Part shown: positions 57,871 through 64,000 of the stretch, piece after piece
Position numbering within the stretch: position 1 is the stretch's first letter
Layout: the number at the start of each line of letters is the position of its first letter
Assembly: GCA_048320885.1 (NCBI GenBank)
Contig: JBLWFJ010000001.1
Location: 5,825,697 to 5,889,696 of the forward strand
Direction of reading: 5' to 3'
Length of the DNA: 64,000 nucleotides
Origin: Nannocystaceae bacterium ST9
GTDB lineage: Bacteria > Myxococcota_A > Polyangia > Nannocystales > Nannocystaceae
Made by a program: the position numbers and the translations under genes
Notes under the pieces: generated by a model
Databases searched by the model: none
What the model was told of the DNA's origin: nothing
Seen by the model: the letters and a program-made list of their open reading frames with translations, nothing else

Positions 57871-57952
57871 CGGAAGGTGAGGGAATCGAACCCCCGAACG
57901 CAGATGCGTCGCGCCTTAGCAGAGCGCTGCCTTACCACTCGGCCAACCTTCC
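57871..57952 (-). tRNA. tRNA-Ser (GCT), class II, canonical
   Basis: GGAAGGT-TG-GCC GAGTGGTAA GGC-A-GCGCT CTGCTAA GGCGC-GACGCATCTGCGTTC-GGGGG TTCGATT CCCTC-ACCTTCC-G73. Confidence 0.85.
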
Positions 57953-58414
57953 ATTCGTTCGGACAGCGCCTCGAGAGGCGGGTCGGAACCGACGCGAAGG
58001 GGCTACGCGGAGCGCCAGGATCGGCAGGAATGACTCGATCGCCCGGCCGACCATCCCCGACTCGAACAACCCGAACCCTCGGCGGCACCACGAATCGTGA
58101 GCGCGGGGAACAACAGGTCGGTCGCAACGTGGATTTGCAGAGTCGCCATGACGAACACCTCGATACGTCGACAAGATACACGATACATCGGAGCGGTCAA
58201 GCATTGCGACACGATTTTTTCATCGAATGTGGATGCGAACGACGACGAGCGACGACGAGGACGGTAGCCACCGAGGTGGCTGGAGGAGGCGCCGTCAAAC
58301 GGGTTGGCGCGCAGTCGTGAGCCTGCCAACGCCGTTCGGTGCGGCGCTGAGCCCGATCGACCGAAATCACTGGGCTTTTTGCTCGGTCGCGCGCTTGCTC
58401 TGGCGTCTCGGTGC

Positions 58415-59989
58415 ATGACCACGCCGAAGCTCGCCTCGCCCTCGCTCCGTGCTCCGACCCTGCTCGCGCTCGCCTTCGGGCTGGCTGCCTGCAACTCCCA
58501 CCCGATCAAGCCGGTCGAGGTCACGGGCAACTCGGTCCCGCTCGAGGCCCTCCCGCTCGACGTGAATCGCAAGGTCGACGTGCTGCTGGTGCTCGACAAC
58601 TCGGGTTCGATGGGCGAGGAGCAGGCCAACCTCGCGGCCAACTTCGGGCCCTTCATCGAGCGACTCGAGCAGGTCGGGGCCGACTATCGAATCGGCATCG
58701 TCACCACCGATCTCGGCGGACCCAATTGCCCCTCGACGCCCAACGGCGGCGAGCTCCAGGCCAGCTCCTGCCTCGATCGCCCGGCCGACTTCGTGTTCGG
58801 CCAGACCGACGTGTTCGAGGTCGCGTGCAGCGAGCAGTGCTCGCTCGGCGACGCCGATCTGACCTTGCGGCCGACCCAGGTGGCGGGCAGCGACGAAGCG
58901 GCGGTCCGGCCCTGGATCGAGAGCGCCAACGGGGTCAGCAATCTGCCCGAGGGCGTCGATCCACTGACCGCGTTTCAGTGTCTGGCGCCGCAGGGCATCT
59001 CGGGCTGCGGCTGGGAGTCGCCGCTCGAGTCGATCGCCCGAGCGATCGACAACATGAACGACGAGAGCCGGCCCGAGTACGGGTTCTTGCGCGACGACGC
59101 GCTGCTGGCCGTGCTGGTCGTGACCGACGAGGTCGACTGTTCGTACCGGCCCGAGCACGAGGACGCGCTCTTCCTCTCGAACGCGTTTTGGGCCGATGGG
59201 GCCAGCTACGCGACCTCGGCGGTGTGCTGGAACGCGGGCGTGGCCTGCTCGGGCGACCCGCTCGACTGCCAGCCCGCCGACTTCGACGATCTCGGCCAGC
59301 CGACCGACGATCCGAGCGTGGCGGTACTGCATCCGATGTCGCGCTACCTCGATCTCCTGCAGGGGGTCGAGTCCGGCAAGCTCGGCGATCGCGACGTGCT
59401 GGTCTCGCTGATCGCCGGCGTGCCCGAGGGCTACCCCGAGGTCCCGCTGGTGTTCGCAGCCAGCGACGATCCCGACTTTCAGGAGCTGTTCGGGATCGGG
59501 GCCGGCTGCACGAGCGTGATCGGTGGCGTCGAGCAGACCGCGGTCCCGCCGGTCCGCTTGCGGGCCTTGGCCGAGGCGTTCCCGGTCGGCGATCGTGGCA
59601 TCTATTCGGTGTGCAGCGCCGACTACACGCCGGCGATCTCCGACATCGTCGAGGGCCTGACGATCGAGCTGCCGCCGGCCTGCTACGGCGCCTGCGTCCG
59701 CGACCTCGATCTCTCGACCGACGAGCTCGACTACAACTGCCAGGTCAGCCAGGCGATCGGCGAGGACAGCGAGGAGCTGCCCGAGTGCCTCGAGGGCGGC
59801 GAGCTGCCCGAGGGCGCCGACGCCTGCTGGATCCTGAAGTCGGGCGAGCAGGCGGCGCTCGAGTGTCAGGTCGTCGGTCAGAACGTCGAGTTCGAGCTGG
59901 TCCGCCGCTACGGGGTGGCGATCCCCGCGGGCGCGAACGTGGTCGCGGCCTGCGAGGTCTCGACGCTGCCGAGCATCGATTGCCCCTGA
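58415..59989 (+). CDS. Secreted VWA-domain lipoprotein, Cys-rich
   Basis: ATG 58415 (MTTPKLASPSLRAPTLLALAFGLAACNSH, lipobox), in frame inside track ORF 58304..59989. VWA MIDAS motif VDVLLVLDNSGSMGEEQ. ~24 Cys in the C-terminal half. Confidence 0.7.
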   Translation: MTTPKLASPSLRAPTLLALAFGLAACNSHPIKPVEVTGNSVPLEALPLDVNRKVDVLLVLDNSGSMGEEQANLAANFGPFIERLEQVGADYRIGIVTTDLGGPNCPSTPNGGELQASSCLDRPADFVFGQTDVFEVACSEQCSLGDADLTLRPTQVAGSDEAAVRPWIESANGVSNLPEGVDPLTAFQCLAPQGISGCGWESPLESIARAIDNMNDESRPEYGFLRDDALLAVLVVTDEVDCSYRPEHEDALFLSNAFWADGASYATSAVCWNAGVACSGDPLDCQPADFDDLGQPTDDPSVAVLHPMSRYLDLLQGVESGKLGDRDVLVSLIAGVPEGYPEVPLVFAASDDPDFQELFGIGAGCTSVIGGVEQTAVPPVRLRALAEAFPVGDRGIYSVCSADYTPAISDIVEGLTIELPPACYGACVRDLDLSTDELDYNCQVSQAIGEDSEELPECLEGGELPEGADACWILKSGEQAALECQVVGQNVEFELVRRYGVAIPAGANVVAACEVSTLPSIDCP

Positions 59990-60072
59990 GCCGGCGAACG
60001 AGTGATCGACGAGCGCGAGGCGGCTCCGATCGGAGCCGCCTCGTTCACTCGGCGAAGTTCACTCGGCGAAGT

Positions 60073-61629
60073 TCACTCGGCGAACATCGAGTCGACCGGC
60101 ACGACCCGGATCGCGTCGGCCGCGATGCCCAGCGCGTACTCGCCGATCACTCGATCCTCGCTCAGCACCGCGTCGGACTTGGGCGACGCGTAGGTGATGG
60201 TCGTGGGCTCGCTGCTCAGCAGCTGCTCGCGGATCGTCGCGGCTTGGCCGGTGACGATGACGATGTCGAGGTTGGCCGGATCGAAGTGCTCGCGGATCGC
60301 CGCGTTGACCTGGTCGAGCGTGAGCGCGTCGAGCCCGGCGACGAAGCGATCGAGGTGGCTGTGATCGAGCCCGTAGAAGCGATCGTCGATCGCGTAGCCG
60401 AGCCGCTCGTCGGTGGTCTCGGCGAAGTGCAGGGCGTACTTGCGCAGGAATTCGCGGGTCAGCTCGAATTCCTCGGCCGTCATCCCGCGCTCGACCAGCC
60501 CGGCGAGCTCGCGGTGGGCGGCCTTGAGCGCGAACACGGCCTGCTCGTTGGGCAGCGTGCGGATCCAGATCTGAAACAGCTGCGCTCGCCGACCGACGTT
60601 GGTCGGCGGCATCTGCCGCCAGCCGCCGCCCGGGTAGGCCTCGATGTACGAGTAGTCGCCGTAGTTGAGCCCGCGAGCCTCGCGGATGACCTGATAGAGG
60701 TGGCTCGACGAATTGCGGTGCTCGCCCAGCCACGAGTTGGCCAGCCACAGCGCGTGGAAGTCCGGGTCGCCGCGGCGCAGCGCGATCGGGTGGCCGAACG
60801 AGATCGACGCGTCGGCGCCGGGCTTGTCGATCAGCAAGACCTGCTTGCCTTCGAGCTTGCGCGGGGCCGGGGCGGCGATCGGCTGGTTGGGCGCGTGCTC
60901 GAGCAGCTGGGCGCGGGTGGCCTCGAGCGCCGCGAGCGAGTCGTCGGCGTAGCGGCCACCGATCGCGAACACCACCCGATCGGCGGTGTAGTGGGTGCGA
61001 TGAAATTCGCGGACGTCGTCGAGGGTGATCGCCGAGAGCCCGGCGACGGTGCCGACCGGCGGGTGGGCGTAGCGAGTGCCGGCGAACACGAAGCCCTCGA
61101 GCCCGGCCTTGCCGAGCTCCTCGTCGGACGAGTAGCGCAGCGTGGTCTCGAGGAAGCTCTTGCCCTCGCTGCGCAGGCGCTCGAAGTCGCGGGCGTCGAA
61201 CGCCGGGGCGGTCCACTGCTGGACCAGCAGGGCCTGGTAGGCGGCCGCGGTGTCGACGTGGCTGCGGCCGGTGAACACGGTCATCTCGCGATCGACCGAG
61301 ACCCGCCAGCTCGCGGCCATCGGGTAGAGCAGCTCGACGATCCGCTGCCAGGGGTTGGAGGTCGTCCCGCCCTCGGCGAGCATGCGCGCGGTCAACCAGG
61401 CCAAGCCCTCCTTGCCGGGCGGGTCGTCCTGGCTGCCGACGCGGAACCACGCCGCGTAGCTGATGCTGGGATCTTCGGGGACCGCGAGCTCGATGCTCGA
61501 GTTGTCGAGCGGGGCCGCGGGCTCGAGCTTGGCCGGCGGCTCGCGCTTGCCGGTGTCGGGCTCGACGGTCGGGCCGACTTGGCAGGCGAAGAGCGCGAGC
61601 GCGGAGATTCCGAGCAGTCGAAGTCGCAT
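60073..61629 (-). CDS. M16 (pitrilysin/insulinase) family protein, non-catalytic subunit (HxxEH zinc motif absent)
   Basis: Signal MRLRLLGISALALFAC. M16 fold, but the motif position reads GLAWLTARMLAEGG instead of HxxEH. Its start is 1 nt after the upstream M16 gene's stop. Confidence 0.7.
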   Translation of the reverse strand: MRLRLLGISALALFACQVGPTVEPDTGKREPPAKLEPAAPLDNSSIELAVPEDPSISYAAWFRVGSQDDPPGKEGLAWLTARMLAEGGTTSNPWQRIVELLYPMAASWRVSVDREMTVFTGRSHVDTAAAYQALLVQQWTAPAFDARDFERLRSEGKSFLETTLRYSSDEELGKAGLEGFVFAGTRYAHPPVGTVAGLSAITLDDVREFHRTHYTADRVVFAIGGRYADDSLAALEATRAQLLEHAPNQPIAAPAPRKLEGKQVLLIDKPGADASISFGHPIALRRGDPDFHALWLANSWLGEHRNSSSHLYQVIREARGLNYGDYSYIEAYPGGGWRQMPPTNVGRRAQLFQIWIRTLPNEQAVFALKAAHRELAGLVERGMTAEEFELTREFLRKYALHFAETTDERLGYAIDDRFYGLDHSHLDRFVAGLDALTLDQVNAAIREHFDPANLDIVIVTGQAATIREQLLSSEPTTITYASPKSDAVLSEDRVIGEYALGIAADAIRVVPVDSMFAE

Positions 61630-61630
61630 G

Positions 61631-63142
61631 TCAGCCTGCCTTCCCTTCGGTCTTGGTCTTCACCGCGGGCTTGGATTGCGGTTTGGGTTTGGACTTGCCG
61701 ACGTCGATCGGCTCGCCGGGCGCCTCGCCGGGCTTGGCCTCGCGGACCAGCACGAGCGTCCGCTGCTGGTCGCGCAGCCACTCGCGCGCGGCGTCGCGGA
61801 CGTCCTCGGGCGTGATCTGGCCGAGCGTGGCGTAGAGCGTCTCGACGGCCTCGAGATCGCCGGCGACCCCGACGATGTCGGCCGCGCTCTCGGCCACCGA
61901 GCGCGGGGTGTCGAGCCCGAGCAAGAAGCGATACTTCATGTGCGACTTGACGGCGTCGAGCCGCTCGGCGCTGATCATGGTCTCGCGGAATTGCTCGACG
62001 GTCTGGTCGATCCGGGCGCCGACGGCCTCGATCGCGGCGGCGTCCTTGATGACCGCGTGGATCATGAAGAGCCCGGGATCGCGGGAATCGGAGGCGCCCG
62101 CGTCGATGCTCTCGACCAGCTGCTCGTCGAGCACCAGCGCGCGGTGGATGTCGCTGGTCTCGCCGAACGCGAGCTCGGCCAGCGCCATCGAGGCGACGAA
62201 CTGTCGATCGCCGGGGGCGAACGCGCCGGCCTTGTACCCGATCAGCAGCTGCGGCTTGGTCTTGCCCTCGTAGGGCACCTCGATCCGCCGCTCGGCCTTC
62301 TGCTTGGGCTCGGCGCGGACCTTGGGCGGCTTGTAGCCGGGCTTCCAGGCCGCGTAGTGCTGCTCGATCAGCGCGAACGTGGCCTCGGGCTCGACGTCGC
62401 CCGCGACGATGATCACGCAATTGTCGGGGCGATAGTAGCGATTGAAGAACTCGCGCGAATACTCGTACTTGGTCGGCATCGCCTTGATGTCCTCGACCAG
62501 GCCCATCGCGGTGTGGCCGTAGGTGTGGACGTCGTAGGCGGCCTCGCGCACGGCCTCGTAGGCGACGAAGAAGGGGCTCGAGCGGTTCTTGCGATATTCG
62601 CCATAGACCGCGCCGGCCTCGGTCTCGAACCCCTCCTTGTCGTAATCGAGGTTCATGAAGCGATCGGCCTCGAGCTCGACGACGGTGGCCAGGTCGTCGC
62701 GGGCGATGTCGAATTGATAGACGGTGACGTCGGTCGAGGTATAGGCGTTGGTGTCGGCGCCCAGCCGGGTGACGATCTCGTTGTAGAGGTCGGCGGGGTA
62801 CTTCTTGGTCCCGCGGAACATCATGTGCTCGAAGAAGTGGGCGAACCCGGTCGAGCCCTTCTCGTACTCGTCGCGGGCGCCGGTCCGCACGACCGTGCGA
62901 TAGGCGACCAGGCCGGGGCTCGGGGTCGGGATGACCACGACCTTCAAGCCGTTGGCCAGGGTCTTTTGCGTCCAGGGATAGGGGAAGACCTTGGCCGGTG
63001 CGGCGAGCCGCTTGCCTTCGCCCTTGCCCGGCAGATCGTCCGGCAGGCGATCGGCGGCCGGCGCAGTCTCGAGGTTGCCCGCGGACGCGGGCGTGGCCAG
63101 CAGGAGCGCGAGCAGAGGCACGATGGCGAGGCGACGTGGCAT
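61631..63142 (-). CDS. M16 family zinc metallopeptidase, catalytic subunit
   Basis: Signal MPRRLAIVPLLALLLATPASAG. Inverted zinc-binding motif GFAHFFEHMMFRGT (HxxEH), downstream E in ...EAGAVYGEYR... Lys/Pro-rich C-terminal tail. Confidence 0.8.
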   Translation of the reverse strand: MPRRLAIVPLLALLLATPASAGNLETAPAADRLPDDLPGKGEGKRLAAPAKVFPYPWTQKTLANGLKVVVIPTPSPGLVAYRTVVRTGARDEYEKGSTGFAHFFEHMMFRGTKKYPADLYNEIVTRLGADTNAYTSTDVTVYQFDIARDDLATVVELEADRFMNLDYDKEGFETEAGAVYGEYRKNRSSPFFVAYEAVREAAYDVHTYGHTAMGLVEDIKAMPTKYEYSREFFNRYYRPDNCVIIVAGDVEPEATFALIEQHYAAWKPGYKPPKVRAEPKQKAERRIEVPYEGKTKPQLLIGYKAGAFAPGDRQFVASMALAELAFGETSDIHRALVLDEQLVESIDAGASDSRDPGLFMIHAVIKDAAAIEAVGARIDQTVEQFRETMISAERLDAVKSHMKYRFLLGLDTPRSVAESAADIVGVAGDLEAVETLYATLGQITPEDVRDAAREWLRDQQRTLVLVREAKPGEAPGEPIDVGKSKPKPQSKPAVKTKTEGKAG

Positions 63143-63189
63143 CGCGCGGATGATGCCACGCGAGCCCTCCTGCCAGCCTGGCCTCGCGC

Positions 63190-64000
63190 TCAGTGTTCGG
63201 GCCGGCGAAACTCACGGCCGGCCCACCACAGGCGCTCGTCCGAGCCCTCGCCGCGGACCTCGATCACCGTGCCCTGGCCGCGCTCGAGCCCGGCGATCCG
63301 GGCGTGGCGATCGTCGCGGGGCAGCAGGACCTCGACCAGCGGCGTCGGTGGGCTGTCGAGCAAGAACAGGTACTGCAAGACCAGGTAGCCGTCGACGATC
63401 GCCAGCTCGGGCTGGCGGACGATGTCGACCTCGCCGGGCCGCTCGACCAGCGACCACGCGCCGAGCCGGGCGATCCAAGCCGGAGGGATCGGTGGTGGAT
63501 CGGGCAGGCGCACGCCGGTTCGCCGCACGCGATCGCGGCGGACGCTGGTCAGCAGCTCGAGGCCCTCGACGCGGGCGAACCCGAACTCGCCGTTGGCGTT
63601 GCCGGGGATGCGCGCGCGATCGGGGCCGAGCGGCTCGAGCTCGGTCTTGCCGAAGCGCGCGCGCAGCCAGACCTCGCCCTCGCTCAGGTCGAGGTTGGTC
63701 AGCCCGTACGAGGTCACGTAGTGGCCGGCGTGGCGGATCAGGAAGGTGTCGAGCGTCGCTTCGTCGCCGAGGTTCTCGGCGAGCACCGGTGGTTCGGGTG
63801 GCTCGAGCTCGTGCTTCTCGAGCAGCGCGCAGACCAGGGTCTCGACCGCGATCGTGTCGAGCGCCTTGCCGGCGGTCAGCGAGTTGCTGGCGACCGCGAC
63901 CGCGAGCCCATGATCGGGCAGCACGATCAGCCGGCTGTGCTGGTAGTAGGTCAGCCCGGCGTGCCAGGCCACGCGCCCGACCCAGTCGAGGCTGGCGTGA
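63190..64000 (-). CDS. Hypothetical protein, C-terminal part (possibly serine-hydrolase/beta-lactamase-related); ORF stays open to the window end
   Basis: Track ORF 63190..63972(-) starts at an internal Met, and the frame remains open upstream to position 64000. ...AWHAGLTYYQHSRLIVLPDHGLAVAVASNSLT... resembles the tail of beta-lactamase-fold hydrolases, but no catalytic motif lies within the window. Confidence 0.3.
   Translation of the reverse strand, partial: HASLDWVGRVAWHAGLTYYQHSRLIVLPDHGLAVAVASNSLTAGKALDTIAVETLVCALLEKHELEPPEPPVLAENLGDEATLDTFLIRHAGHYVTSYGLTNLDLSEGEVWLRARFGKTELEPLGPDRARIPGNANGEFGFARVEGLELLTSVRRDRVRRTGVRLPDPPPIPPAWIARLGAWSLVERPGEVDIVRQPELAIVDGYLVLQYLFLLDSPPTPLVEVLLPRDDRHARIAGLERGQGTVIEVRGEGSDERLWWAGREFRRPEH

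Noticed and set aside
57953-58100. Additional tRNAs 5' of tRNA-Ser(GCT) (GGTCGGAACCGAC, GACTCGAACAACCCGAACCC, and ...GGCGGCACCA resembling a CCA end)
   Set aside because: None yields a complete cloverleaf. Interpreted as degenerate remnants of former array members.

Overview
This is a ~70% GC chromosomal segment that looks myxobacterial (Myxococcota). The evidence is two proteins with MYXO-CTERM sorting tails, a pair of TIGR02265/DUF2378-type paralogs, a DUF1592/DUF1588 lipoprotein, MglA-like GTPase signalling, and several eukaryote-like Ser/Thr kinases. High GC makes the six-frame track full of long spurious antisense and out-of-frame ORFs; I re-derived real genes by reading both strands. 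I relied throughout on the track appearing to omit genes that run off the window edge, e.g. the minus-strand gene at 1..1794. Housekeeping content includes trx, ferredoxin-NADP reductase, a class II photolyase, queF, sspB, tRNA-His, hemW-hrcA-grpE-dnaK-dnaJ, nhaD, moxR-VWA, an agmatinase-like ureohydrolase and an M16 peptidase pair. Three accessory regions stand out. (i) 11.8-20.9 kb is an orphan type VI secretion spike island. It contains an evolved VgrG with a C-terminal HExxH metallopeptidase domain, then two tandem paralogs (one cytoplasmic, one with a Tat/lipoprotein signal), a minimal PAAR cap, a HEAT-repeat protein, and a translationally coupled, frameshifted Mrr-like PD-(D/E)xK nuclease-domain gene. 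A stand-alone adenylation-PCP-GNAT protein follows. (ii) 56.8-58.0 kb is a minus-strand tRNA array: Cys, a degenerate tRNA-like element, Ala, Gly x2 and all four Ser isoacceptors. Several members are non-canonical, spacers are as short as 4 nt, and an HNH endonuclease gene lies immediately downstream. (iii) 35.2-37.1 kb holds an MglA-like Ras GTPase translationally coupled to a histidine kinase whose N-terminus resembles a Roadblock/MglB GAP domain. No CRISPR array, integrase or transposase was seen.
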